Sequence record: CP089609.1
Length of the DNA: 64,000 bases
Reading direction: 5' to 3' (one strand)
DNA from: a plasmid
Every line of letters begins with the position of its first letter. The first letter of the stretch is position 1. The notes under the pieces were generated by a model. It did not search any database. It had not been told where the DNA came from and was given only the letters and a program-made list of their open reading frames with translations. Position numbers and translations under genes: made by a program. Shown one piece after another: positions 10,984 through 20,615 of the stretch.

Positions 10984-12636
10984 GTGACTGCATCGACGAC
11001 AGAATCGGCGATCGACTGGTACTTCCAGGGCGCTGGGGACGGCTTGGTCGATTCCGCAGTGGCTTCCCTCGGCCAACCGCCGCCACCGATGATGGCGGTC
11101 CTTGCCGAACCCGGCACCATTTCGGTTCTACCGAGCTTGGATGCGTCGTTTCCGCAGCCGCCGTCTCCGTGGGCACACGTTCCCGAAATCGACTCCTGGG
11201 CGTGTGACACCGCGGTGCTGCGCCCGGCTCACGCACCGACGCGATGGCCGGTATTGCTGCCGCTGGGCATCGCCCGAGGTGGGGTACTGCTCGTAAGCCT
11301 CGAGGAGGTCCGTCCACTGGCGGTCACCGGTGAAGCCTCGGATGTGGCGGCCGTCCTGAGGGCCTGGGTGATGAACCTTCTGTTGACCCCGCGTCGTGTC
11401 GTGGCCTCGACGGTGCCCGCAACCAGGCAGCTCGACGTGGTGGGCAGCGACCGCTTCATCAGCGCCTCGGACGCCGAAGCGTTACGCCGCCGATGCGCCG
11501 ATCAGGGGGTCACCCCTGACGTTGTCATCCTCGACGACGGCTCGGACGCCGAGATGTTTCCCTCCACGCCCTGCGTGACCACCACACTGCCCGCGGCTGG
11601 ATGGGATTTCAGGGTTACCGGCTCGATGGCCACCCTCACCAACGCCGGCCGCCAACTCTCGCTTCCCCTCGACGCTGTCACTGCGATCGACGACACCACG
11701 TGGCACGACATGGTCGAGTGTCTACAGGACGATGTCGTCCAGGCACGCTCTGCGCCGCCGGCCGCACCCGAGGCACCCGACGCATCAGAGCTGCCCGCAA
11801 CGCTCCCCGCTCCTGCCGCACCGCACTCTGAGCCCGTCGAGACCATTGCGCCAGATGACGCGGATGACCAGGCTTCAGCAGACGAAGAAGAGCCCCACAT
11901 CTGGGTTCGTGTGATGGGTAGGCCGATCATCACACCACCCGGCGGGCGCACCATCGACGCTCAGGGCCGCGTCAACACGTGGACCTCGATCATCGCTTAT
12001 CTGGCCACGATCGCACGCCGCGGCGCCACACGCGAGGACATCCGCCGCGCCTGCTGGCCATCCAGCGAAGACTTGCCGACGCCGGAAACGGTCCGCCAAA
12101 ACCTCAGTCGGATCCGGCTTTTCCTCGGGCAAGGCCCTGACGGCGAGGAATTGCTTCCCCCGCTCACCCGGGGTGGGCGACGCTCAGACTCCGAACCCGC
12201 CCAGAAGGAGCAGCTCCACAAGTCCGTCCTCAGCGACTGGGAACGCTGGCTTCAGCTTGTCGGCGACAACCCCGAGGAAGCCACCGACGTGGCGTTGGCC
12301 AAGGCGCTGGCGCTGGTCCGCGGTCCCGCATGGGATGTCAGCGCAGACATCGCCAACCGCTACGAATACGCAAAGCACCTCGCTGACACGATGACCGACG
12401 CAATCCCCGACGCAGCCCTCATCCTGGCCGGGCGATGCATCAAGGACGAAGACACCGCCGGCGCCGCCGCGGCCGCGGCCGCCGGACTCAAAGCCAACCC
12501 CCAGCGCCAAGATCTGTGGCGGATCCTTTTGTCGTCCACATCTGACGGCGTCCTACGCGCACAGCTGGTCGACCAATTCCGGCAGACCGTACCCCACGGA
12601 GAGATCGAGCCCGAAACCAGAAAGTTATTGACTTGA
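10984..12636 (+). CDS. Hypothetical protein with C-terminal SARP/AfsR-like winged-helix + BTAD domain
   Basis: C-terminal third: IWVRVMGRPIITPPGGRTID...IIAYLATIARRGATREDIRRACW...VRQNLSRIRLFLG (OmpR-type wHTH of the SARP family), followed by a helical WERWLQLVGDNPEEATDVALAKALALVRGPAW BTAD-like segment. The N-terminal 300 aa are of unknown function. Confidence 0.5.
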   Translation: MTASTTESAIDWYFQGAGDGLVDSAVASLGQPPPPMMAVLAEPGTISVLPSLDASFPQPPSPWAHVPEIDSWACDTAVLRPAHAPTRWPVLLPLGIARGGVLLVSLEEVRPLAVTGEASDVAAVLRAWVMNLLLTPRRVVASTVPATRQLDVVGSDRFISASDAEALRRRCADQGVTPDVVILDDGSDAEMFPSTPCVTTTLPAAGWDFRVTGSMATLTNAGRQLSLPLDAVTAIDDTTWHDMVECLQDDVVQARSAPPAAPEAPDASELPATLPAPAAPHSEPVETIAPDDADDQASADEEEPHIWVRVMGRPIITPPGGRTIDAQGRVNTWTSIIAYLATIARRGATREDIRRACWPSSEDLPTPETVRQNLSRIRLFLGQGPDGEELLPPLTRGGRRSDSEPAQKEQLHKSVLSDWERWLQLVGDNPEEATDVALAKALALVRGPAWDVSADIANRYEYAKHLADTMTDAIPDAALILAGRCIKDEDTAGAAAAAAAGLKANPQRQDLWRILLSSTSDGVLRAQLVDQFRQTVPHGEIEPETRKLLT

Positions 12637-12971
12637 GTAACAACGCTTTTGCCGTCGAAGAACCCACTGCCCACGATGAGCCTGAACTGTTCGTCGGATA
12701 CAACCGCGATCGATCGATCATCGTCACCTACAGCTACTACGGCTTCGTGGGGCTGCAGCTGACAGCTGATGCCTACCGGCTCACCGAATCATCGCTAGCG
12801 CGAGCAATTGTCGAAATCGCCCACCTCGCCCACCAACGCGCCATGGCCAGCATGCGCGAACTGGAGCTGAGCCTTGGAGTCGCCAAGATCAACCTCGATC
12901 GGCGAGGTCTACCCACCCGCGATCAGGTCGACGAATTACAGCACCGCATCCACGAATCACCCGATTTCTGA
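12633..12971 (+). CDS. Small hypothetical protein (possibly YbaB/EbfC-like fold)
   Basis: 112 aa with a TTG start. The pattern FVGLQLTADAYRLTESSLARAIVEIAHLAHQRAMASMRE loosely resembles YbaB-family proteins; weak. Confidence 0.4.
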   Translation: MSNNAFAVEEPTAHDEPELFVGYNRDRSIIVTYSYYGFVGLQLTADAYRLTESSLARAIVEIAHLAHQRAMASMRELELSLGVAKINLDRRGLPTRDQVDELQHRIHESPDF

Positions 12972-13066
12972 CCTCGTCCGGCCCCGACCGGTAGCAGCGC
13001 ACTTCCAGCGCCCATCCAGCCCGAATCGCCTGGGCAATACATCGGTGCGGGCGTATTGTCCGGCGC

Positions 13067-15157
13067 ATGGGCGATCCCGCCGACACCGGACCACCCCCGG
13101 AAACCCGGCAACCACCCCAGGATCTCAGCGCCGAACAATCCACGCTCGGCGGCATGTTACTGAGCAAAGACGCCATCGCCGACGTCATAGAACGACTCCA
13201 ATCCAACGACTTCTACCGGCCAGCCCACCAGACGATCTTCAATGCGATCCTCGACCTCTACGCCGAAGGCGAGCCAGCCGACGCAGTCACCGTCGCAGCA
13301 GAACTCGATCGCCGCGGACAACTTAGAAGGGCCGGCGGCGCACCCTATCTGCACACCCTGATCGCCGGCGTGCCCACGGCGGCCAATGCCGGCTTCTACG
13401 CCGCCATCGTCGCCGACAAAGCCCAACTGCGGCGCCTCGTTGAAGCCGGAACTCGCATCGTCCAGTACGGCTACGCCGGCGCGGACGGCGCCGATGTTCC
13501 CGACGTGGTCGCCCGGGCGCAGGCCGAGGTGTACGACGTCACTGCCGGCCGTCATGCCGAGGACTACTCCCCCTTGGAGGAACTGCTTCAGCCCACCATG
13601 GACGAGCTCGACGCCATCCAGAACCAAGGCGGATCAGCGCGTGGCGTACCAACTGGATTCACCGATCTTGACGCCGTCACCAACGGGCTGCACGGGGGCC
13701 AGATGATCATCATCGCCGCGCGCCCCGGTGTCGGAAAAGCGTTGGCCCTCAATACCGCACTTCCTACGCCGACCGGGTGGACCACCATGGGTGCTGTGAA
13801 TGTGGGCGACGAGCTGCTCGGCGCCGACGGCCGCCCAACTCAAGTCGTAGCCACCACCGAGGTCATGCATGACCGCCCGTGCTATACCGTCGAATTCGAC
13901 GACGGGACGACTCTTGTCGCTGACGCACAGCATCAATGGCCCACCCTCAGCGGCATCCGCACCACCATCGAATTGCAGCCCGGACAAGACCGCATCCCCA
14001 CCACCACCGCTCTCGCGGGCCAGGATTCACGAGGCGCTCTGCCGACGGACCCGTACGTCGCCGGCTGCTGGCTGGCCGACAGGCCCGCCACCCGCCACCT
14101 CCCGCTGTCGGTACCTGAACTGCGACCGTTGCTGCGCGCCACGGCCGAACACCGCCGCTCGGTGCTCGCGGGTCTCCTCGGATCGATCGCCGCCCAGCCC
14201 GCCGGCGGAGTCGTCACGATCCGCGCCAATCCGCGCCGCCCCGGACTGCTCGACTTTGTCGAGGAACTCCTCGCCGCAGAAGGCCTGGCCGCCAGACGCC
14301 TGGGCTGCGACCTGGGCATCCGTTATCGACCGACCGCGCCCCGGCAGCGCACCGTCACCGCAGTGCGCCAGGTCGCATCGGAGCCTGTGCGCTGCGTCGA
14401 GGTCGACAATGCCGATCATGTGTACTTGGCGGGCCGATCCATGGTGCCCACGCACAACTCCACGCTCGGCCTGGACTTCATGCGGTCATGTTCGGTCAGG
14501 CACGGGCTGGCCAGCGTGATCTTCTCGCTGGAGATGAGTAAGTCCGAGATCGTGATGCGCCTGTTGTCGGCGGAAACCGGCATCAAACTCGCCGATATGC
14601 GCTCTGGCCGGATGAGCGATAACGATTGGACCCGGCTTGCCCGAAGGATGGGGGAAATCAGCGAGGCTCCACTCTATATTGACGACTCCCCCAACATGAC
14701 GTTGATGGAAATTCGAGCCAAGGCTCGACGCCTTGCACAGAAACAGGACATTCGCCTCGTTGTCGTAGATTATCTGCAGCTGATGACAACCGGAAAGAAA
14801 TACGATTCGCGACAGCAAGAAGTCTCAGACATGTCACGAGGAATCAAATTACTCGCGAAAGAGCTAGATGTTCCCGTAGTGGCGATATCTCAGCTCAATC
14901 GTGGCCCTGAGCAGAGGCAAGACAAGAGGCCGGTCGTTTCCGACCTTCGCGAAAGCGGATCTTTGGAACAGGACTGCGATTTAGCTATTCTGCTTCATAG
15001 ACCGGATGCAATTGATCGCGATGACCCCCGCGGCGGAGAAGCTGACCTAATTCTAGGAAAACATAGAAACGGAGCAACTGCGGTAATTACAGTTGCCCAT
15101 CAGTTGCATTTAAGTCGCTTTTCGAATATGGCGCGTGGCGACTATACTCAGCTGTAG
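13067..15157 (+). CDS. dnaB: Replicative DNA helicase DnaB interrupted by an in-frame mini-intein
   Basis: N-terminal DnaB primase-interaction motif (LSAEQSTLGGMLLSKDAI). The Walker A RPGVGK is split from its continuation STLGLDFMRS...SLEMS by 240 inserted residues. C-terminal DnaB motifs are present: DYLQLM, SQLNRGPEQR and LRESGSLEQDCDL. Confidence 0.85.
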   Translation: MGDPADTGPPPETRQPPQDLSAEQSTLGGMLLSKDAIADVIERLQSNDFYRPAHQTIFNAILDLYAEGEPADAVTVAAELDRRGQLRRAGGAPYLHTLIAGVPTAANAGFYAAIVADKAQLRRLVEAGTRIVQYGYAGADGADVPDVVARAQAEVYDVTAGRHAEDYSPLEELLQPTMDELDAIQNQGGSARGVPTGFTDLDAVTNGLHGGQMIIIAARPGVGKALALNTALPTPTGWTTMGAVNVGDELLGADGRPTQVVATTEVMHDRPCYTVEFDDGTTLVADAQHQWPTLSGIRTTIELQPGQDRIPTTTALAGQDSRGALPTDPYVAGCWLADRPATRHLPLSVPELRPLLRATAEHRRSVLAGLLGSIAAQPAGGVVTIRANPRRPGLLDFVEELLAAEGLAARRLGCDLGIRYRPTAPRQRTVTAVRQVASEPVRCVEVDNADHVYLAGRSMVPTHNSTLGLDFMRSCSVRHGLASVIFSLEMSKSEIVMRLLSAETGIKLADMRSGRMSDNDWTRLARRMGEISEAPLYIDDSPNMTLMEIRAKARRLAQKQDIRLVVVDYLQLMTTGKKYDSRQQEVSDMSRGIKLLAKELDVPVVAISQLNRGPEQRQDKRPVVSDLRESGSLEQDCDLAILLHRPDAIDRDDPRGGEADLILGKHRNGATAVITVAHQLHLSRFSNMARGDYTQL
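13739..14458 (+). other. DnaB mini-intein (240 aa) in the P-loop; Ala1, block-F Cys, ends THN with +1 Ser (class-3-like)
   Basis: Insertion exactly after GVGK. First intein residue is Ala, not Cys/Ser. CVEVDNADHVYLAG is block F with Cys, VPTHN|S is block G, and there is an HQW in the block-B region. 240 aa leaves no room for a full homing endonuclease. Confidence 0.65.
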
Positions 15158-15394
15158 CGGTTTGGACGCCACTCAACATTTCATGCCTAGTGTTGGACTT
15201 TACTATATTCGCGCCGAAATTTCCTTGCGTGGGCGAGGTCGGCGAGTCCCGCCGCCATGTACCACGGCTGACCATCACAGCTCACTGGACGCGGCAGAAC
15301 GTGCGGGAGATTCCACCGGTGATGCCCGACAATGCCCGACAGTAATGGGAGCGGGCTTCAGGCCCTATCGGCCAGCTCCCCCTGCCAAATGCCC

Positions 15395-15613
15395 TCAGCT
15401 CGGCTGCGTTGTCTCGACGGCCGCCCACGGTTCATGCAGCGTCGCGGCTCTCACGATCCGGTGGTGCTCGACCGCGATGAACAAGGTGTTGCTCTGGCCG
15501 CGGGAATTCACGACCTCGACCACTCCCGCATCAGCGTCGACCAACGTCGGCTCCCCGGTGAGGGTGTAGCACCGACCTCGGTAGACCACCTGAGTTCCGA
15601 CGAAGCCGGTCAT
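15395..15613 (-). CDS. Hypothetical small protein (internal-Met start MTGFVGTQ...)
   Basis: Downstream partner of the 15613-15918 ORF. The longer annotated ORF 15395-15736 overlaps it in another frame. Confidence 0.35.
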   Translation of the reverse strand: MTGFVGTQVVYRGRCYTLTGEPTLVDADAGVVEVVNSRGQSNTLFIAVEHHRIVRAATLHEPWAAVETTQPS

Positions 15614-15918
15614 CACGGCCACTGCTCCGGGATCGCGTCGCGCACGAATTTCTCCCAGGCCAGCGACGTGGGCTCCCCGCGCCCCGGGGGACGCGGCTCG
15701 CCGAGCTCCACCCACAGGCAATGTTCGCGATCCCATTTCTCGGGCTCCTCCCAGTACTCGTCTTCGCGGTCGGGCATGAGATCGGCTTCCCTGAGGACCA
15801 GAGCGAACGTGTAGACGGGTCTACTGAGATCGCTCCATGCGAATGCGGCCTGGGCCAACTCACTGACCTTGCCGACGGTGTTGTGCGACATCGATCGGAT
15901 CCCTTCCGTTCTTCCCAC
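15613..15918 (-). CDS. Hypothetical small acidic protein
   Basis: 101-aa ORF. Its stop overlaps the start of the downstream ORF by 1 nt (TGATG), which suggests coupling. Confidence 0.4.
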   Translation of the reverse strand: MGRTEGIRSMSHNTVGKVSELAQAAFAWSDLSRPVYTFALVLREADLMPDREDEYWEEPEKWDREHCLWVELGEPRPPGRGEPTSLAWEKFVRDAIPEQWP

Positions 15919-16095
15919 TCAGCGCGATGGACCGAGTTCAGCAAACACTCTGCGTAGCTGGTCGAGCCGAGTCTCCCCACACCGATGTGAGCGCATAATG
16001 CTTGCGTTTAATGTAGTTACGCTTTCCAGCGATTGCCCACCGGGTGGTATGGGAGCCAGTTTTCTCCCCCGTTCAGCTACCGTCAATCGACGTCA

Positions 16096-16119
16096 CTGAT
16101 AAGCCCCCTTATCAGTGTG
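16096..16119. other. Perfect 10-bp inverted repeat hairpin (CACTGATAAG-N5-CTTATCAGTG) 3' of minus-strand gene 16131-16478
   Basis: Seen directly in the sequence. No U-tract follows, so at best an I-shaped terminator. Confidence 0.3.
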
Positions 16120-16130
16120 ACTGTGAGCCG

Positions 16131-16478
16131 TCAGCGACCGGCGGATAGGTCGGTGCTGAAGGATTCTGGGCCCAGCCACAGCTGCATGGTGATGGCGCTA
16201 TGCCCGTTTGCGCTGGCGGCATCCAGCAGTACCACTGCGAGGAATCCGCCGGCGCTGGTCCGTATCCAGGCCACCTGTCGGGCACTCATCCACGGCTCAA
16301 GCCGCAGCCCGAAGCCCCGCACCCACAGGGGGAGCGTGTCTTGGCGCATCCCGGCACCGATGTCGGGCAATGCCCGCGCGATCTCAACACGGACGGGCCT
16401 GTCGACCCGAAACAGCGTGGGGTACGCCGCGTCGTTCTCCCAGCGATCGAACATGGCGCCACCGCTCATGCGTTCCAC
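16131..16478 (-). CDS. Hypothetical protein
   Basis: 115-aa ORF with coding-like composition. Confidence 0.45.
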   Translation of the reverse strand: MERMSGGAMFDRWENDAAYPTLFRVDRPVRVEIARALPDIGAGMRQDTLPLWVRGFGLRLEPWMSARQVAWIRTSAGGFLAVVLLDAASANGHSAITMQLWLGPESFSTDLSAGR

Positions 16479-16529
16479 ACGCTGTATCGTACGTATGTTC
16501 GACTGTGCTGGGTTTCAGTCCGCCCAAGA

Positions 16530-17120
16530 TTAAGGTGTGCCGGCCGGCGGTGAGCTGTCAGCCAGCTCGTCCTGAGCGATCTGGACGTGAACGCCGTGGC
16601 CGATATGGATTAGTCGCACCAAGCCACCGCTGTACGGGTTTGTGCTCCTCGCCAAGATGGTGACGGGCTGCCCTTGGTCGGCTATGGCGGGGCGGTATGC
16701 CTGAGCGTGGTAGGTGCGCAGCCCGATCAGGGTCAGCAGCGGATTGCTGGTGAGCAGTATCGTCGTGCGGACTGCGAGGAATCCGAGGAGGAACAGGGCG
16801 GCCAGCGCCGCCCAGCGGGCCGCCGACGGAGAAACCAGTGCGATAGCACTGGGAACGACGTAGAGACTCAGAAGGCTGTCGGCGCTCGTGACGCTGCGCA
16901 CATCCTGGAGCTGCCACAGACCCGAATTGAGGTTGGGAACCGCGCGGCGGAAAAACAGTACGGTGATCGCAACACCGACGGCGGCGACAACGGCGATCGT
17001 GACGTTCACCCAGGTCTGCGGCCAGAGATGCCGTGTGGCCAACATCAGCAGCGATGGCGAGAGCGTGGAGACCGCCAGAGCCGTCGTGATGAACGGTGAC
17101 GGGCCGAATTCACGCATCAT
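16530..17120 (-). CDS. Polytopic membrane protein downstream of jetC
   Basis: 196 aa with about 5 TM helices. Lies directly 3' of the jetABC-like operon; it has no Toprim motif, so it is not JetD. Confidence 0.5.
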   Translation of the reverse strand: MMREFGPSPFITTALAVSTLSPSLLMLATRHLWPQTWVNVTIAVVAAVGVAITVLFFRRAVPNLNSGLWQLQDVRSVTSADSLLSLYVVPSAIALVSPSAARWAALAALFLLGFLAVRTTILLTSNPLLTLIGLRTYHAQAYRPAIADQGQPVTILARSTNPYSGGLVRLIHIGHGVHVQIAQDELADSSPPAGTP

Positions 17121-17252
17121 CGGGCTGCCCCCATCCCTGTTGCGCGCTTACGGCAGTGCGATCCGCAGTGCCGCGCTGATCTCTCTTGCACGGTTCGATG
17201 GCGAAACCACATGGCCCGTCAACCTTTCCGGGCAACCCAACGTGGTGAGACT

Positions 17253-20200
17253 TCACATCGAGCCTTTCGGTCTGCGGCTTCTGCCGGCGCGGCGAGACCG
17301 CGACGGGTCGGCCGACGGTGTCGGTTCGGGGCCAGTGAGCACGGTGATGCGTGATCGGTGATGGCTGTTCTTGGTGATGCACAGGATCCGGTCAACGTGG
17401 GGTTCGATGCTATTGACCTTGTCGTCAGGTGCCCCGATGATCAGTTGGAAGCCCAGACCTTTCCATGCGGCCACAGCGCGGCCGGCGAAGGCGGCATCGG
17501 ATTTGATGAAGCCTTCATCAAGGATGATCGGCGCGTACCGAGGCCAATGGGCGTCGCCGAGTTGGTAGCGCAGCGCGGCGCCGACGATGAAGGCGATCAG
17601 TTCCTGGGATTCGCCGCCGGATTTGCCGGCCAGGCTGGCGTAGACGTTGAGAGTATTCCCGTCGAGGTCGCGGCGTTCGGCTTCTATGTAGACATGGCGC
17701 CGCACGTCGAGGTAATAGTCACGATCAGAGCCGCCGGCGGATTGCCGGATTCGTTGAATGAATCGGGCCAGGGCCAGGAATCGTTTGTGGACCGCGGAAT
17801 CGTCGTCGCCGGGCGCGGTGGTCGCTCCGGCCAGGGCCTTGAGTTCTTTGCGGAAGGCTGCGATATCGGGGGTTTCGGTGTGGCGCAGCGTAATGTGCAG
17901 TCGGTCGCGGCCGGCACCGAAGGGCAGTGTGGTCAAGATGTCGTTGATAGGGTTGAGTCGCGATTCGATGTCGTCGATGGCTTCTTCGAAGGCGCCGTGT
18001 AGCCGCAGTAAGTCGATGCCGGTCCAGTCGTTGACGTCGCGGACGAAGGTGGCTCGGCGGCGGTGCAAACCTTCGGCGGTGAGATCCTCGAAAATGTCTC
18101 GGTAGCCGGGGTAGGACGACACTTCGGTGCCCAGATCGGGGCGGGGCCATTGACGTTGGAAGGTTTCGAAGGTGCTGGTCAGCATCTTGGCTGCCCGTGC
18201 GGCGGCGTTGCGGGCGGCATCGATCTTGGCGTTGAGGGTGGCGTGCAGCCGGGCCAGCGCGGACCCGAACGCGTCTGGGGTGAGGTCGGTGGTGCCCACG
18301 GCGGCCAACTCGTCATCGAGGCGGGCGACCAAGGCGTCGGCCAGGATCGGAGCGCCGGCGGGTTCGACGAGCTCGCCGCGCCTGCAGTCCAGCCGCCTCA
18401 GCTCGTCGATCAGCCGCTCGGTGTCCGCCTCGGCGAGGTGTCGGGCTCGGGCGGCGGATTCGCGGCGGGCGAGCAATTCTTCACGGCGCGCTCCGGTGTC
18501 GGTGTTCCCCTCGACCAGAGCGGTGCGGTGGGCGTGCAGCGCGTCGAGCTGGGCTGTCGCGGCGGCGACGTCGACGGCAGGCCAGGTGGTGTCGGCTACG
18601 TAGCGGTGGGCGTCGCGGCGGACGGTGAGCTCGTCGAGATCGGTGGCGAGACTGTCGAGTTCTGCGGCGGCTGCGGCCAGTTCGGTCTCGGCTGCGGCCA
18701 GTTCGGTCTGCAGCTGGGTGCGGCGTTCAGCATTGGATACGCCGATCACCGGAGGCCGGCTACCGCCGTGGGCTCCTCGGCGTCCGCTCTTCGTTTGTCC
18801 AGTGATCGTCAGGCCGCGGTCCACGTCGTTCAGTTGCGCGGGGTCATCGACGCAGCGGTAGTCGAAGCTGGTCAGGATGCGGGTCATGAGCCAGCCCGCG
18901 AATGGTGAGGTCTCATCGACTCTCAACCGTGCGGGCAGCATCGCAGTGTCGGCGCAGTCTGGGATGGGCTGGTCGACGGGCGCTCCTTCGAAGTTGACCC
19001 GGCGCGGCAGCTTCAAGGTGTTGATTCGGACCCGGGCTTGTTCGATGCGCCGGGTATCGATCAGCACGGTGACCGAAAGGCCCCCCAGCGCGCGATCAGC
19101 GGCCAACCTCCAGTCGTGGAACCCGTCGGCCATGTCGAGCAGTTCTCCGACGAACGGCACCTCGTGGGGATCGAGTTCGAGCGCTTCGGCGATCAAGCAC
19201 CGCGCGTTGTGCAGTTCGGCGGGGATTACGCCGGCACGGCCGGCCAGCGAGTGCAGTTCGTCGACAAGGGCGCCGCGGCGGGCCTGCAAGCCTTGGTGGC
19301 GACCGACGGCGCGGTCGCGTTGCTCGCGCAGTTCGCCGGCGACGTGGGCATAGTCGACGGACAGGAATTGTGCTGCGGCGGCTTGAGCCGCCGCGAACTG
19401 CTCCGCACTCGATGGTGGATCACCGAGCACCGTGGTGCGTTCCCGGTAGATTTTGAGGGCCTGTTCGGTGTCTTGCTGGGCTTGTGCGACCTGTTCCAGA
19501 GTGCGATCGAGTTCATCGAGCGCGACCGTGCCGGGCTCGGTGTCACGTAGGGCAGCCAGTTCGGTCTCGGTGGCCCGTTCCGCTACTCGGGCCTCAGCTG
19601 CCCGCGCCTCGGCTGTAGCACGGTCAGCGGTGAGCTGTCCGATGGTCGCGTCGATCAGCCGCCGTTCGGTCAGTGTTGCCCACACCTGTATCGGCGATGG
19701 CGAATGATCGTCTGCGGCACCGACCAGCATGCTCAGCGTGGCGAGGTCCTCGTGTGCGCTGCTCCAGTCGCCGTACCATTCGGTGATCGGGGTGAGCGTT
19801 TCGACTTGCAGTTCAGCGGTTTTCATGGCCTCGTAGGAGGCTTGCAAGTCGTCGAAATGGGTGATCGCGTCATCGGCGACCGCCAGGGTCTTGGGTCGTT
19901 CAAGGACCATGCTTTTGAACAGGCCGTCCACGGTGGTGACCGCCCGACCGGCCTGGATCCGTGCCAGCAGTCCCAGTGCGCGCTCCCCTTCGCCGGGCAG
20001 GCCGATGCCCAGCCGGGTGCACACTGCGGTGCAGAACGCTCGGTATGACCCGTGAAAGTCGATGCCCTCGAACCGGGTCCGCAGTTGGGCTGGATCGAAC
20101 TGGGAGGGGGCGGAACTGGCGACCTCTGACAGATCGAATCCTCCATCGATGGTGGCCATCCGTTTGGTGATGTCGTCGAAGCGGGTGGCCGACGGCTGTG

Positions 20201-20615
20201 CGTAGTAGAGCCGCATCGCGGTGAACCGCTGATCGGATTCGGTTCGCCAGGTTGCTGCGATCGCCGACCAGGTCGGGGTGGTGCGACCGCGCAGCACCTG
20301 GTCGGTTAGGGCAGATGATCCCTCGACTCGGTTGTCGTCAATCTTTCCGCGCATGTACCGCAGCACATTTCGCTGATCGCCGCCCCGGGCTCGACCGGAC
20401 ACATTGTCGTTGGATGCGCCGTTGAACGGGATCCGCGAGGGCATCAGCAGCGCGATGTAGGCGTCGAGAAGAGTGGACTTGCCGGTGCCGGTCGCCCCGC
20501 TGATCAGCGTCGACGTCGTCGAGACCTCGACTCGGTGGTGCCCCTCGAAACCGCCCCAGTTCACCAGCTGTATCGATTCCAACAGCCACTGGCCGTGCAT
20601 GGTGTCCTCGGTCAT
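17253..20615 (-). CDS. jetC: SMC/MukB-like ABC ATPase, JetC/MksB-like (wadjet/Mks condensin-like system)
   Basis: 1120 aa. N-terminal LESIQLVNWGGFEGHHRV...LISGATGTGKSTLLDA (Walker A), about 800 aa of coiled-coil-type sequence, and a C-terminal signature GKSGGESQ, Walker B PIILDEGF and a D-loop. An ATGA overlap links it to the upstream gene. Confidence 0.75.
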   Translation of the reverse strand: MTEDTMHGQWLLESIQLVNWGGFEGHHRVEVSTTSTLISGATGTGKSTLLDAYIALLMPSRIPFNGASNDNVSGRARGGDQRNVLRYMRGKIDDNRVEGSSALTDQVLRGRTTPTWSAIAATWRTESDQRFTAMRLYYAQPSATRFDDITKRMATIDGGFDLSEVASSAPSQFDPAQLRTRFEGIDFHGSYRAFCTAVCTRLGIGLPGEGERALGLLARIQAGRAVTTVDGLFKSMVLERPKTLAVADDAITHFDDLQASYEAMKTAELQVETLTPITEWYGDWSSAHEDLATLSMLVGAADDHSPSPIQVWATLTERRLIDATIGQLTADRATAEARAAEARVAERATETELAALRDTEPGTVALDELDRTLEQVAQAQQDTEQALKIYRERTTVLGDPPSSAEQFAAAQAAAAQFLSVDYAHVAGELREQRDRAVGRHQGLQARRGALVDELHSLAGRAGVIPAELHNARCLIAEALELDPHEVPFVGELLDMADGFHDWRLAADRALGGLSVTVLIDTRRIEQARVRINTLKLPRRVNFEGAPVDQPIPDCADTAMLPARLRVDETSPFAGWLMTRILTSFDYRCVDDPAQLNDVDRGLTITGQTKSGRRGAHGGSRPPVIGVSNAERRTQLQTELAAAETELAAAAAELDSLATDLDELTVRRDAHRYVADTTWPAVDVAAATAQLDALHAHRTALVEGNTDTGARREELLARRESAARARHLAEADTERLIDELRRLDCRRGELVEPAGAPILADALVARLDDELAAVGTTDLTPDAFGSALARLHATLNAKIDAARNAAARAAKMLTSTFETFQRQWPRPDLGTEVSSYPGYRDIFEDLTAEGLHRRRATFVRDVNDWTGIDLLRLHGAFEEAIDDIESRLNPINDILTTLPFGAGRDRLHITLRHTETPDIAAFRKELKALAGATTAPGDDDSAVHKRFLALARFIQRIRQSAGGSDRDYYLDVRRHVYIEAERRDLDGNTLNVYASLAGKSGGESQELIAFIVGAALRYQLGDAHWPRYAPIILDEGFIKSDAAFAGRAVAAWKGLGFQLIIGAPDDKVNSIEPHVDRILCITKNSHHRSRITVLTGPEPTPSADPSRSRRAGRSRRPKGSM

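Noticed and set aside
15322-15342. A tandem 10-bp direct repeat ATGCCCGACA x2 in the dnaB-downstream spacer.
   Set aside because: It is too short and isolated to interpret; it is possibly just local duplication.
16131-17120. The two ORFs downstream of jetC were checked as a possible diverged JetD.
   Set aside because: One is a 196-aa polytopic membrane protein and the other is 115 aa. Neither has a Toprim DxD/E motif, and both are too small.
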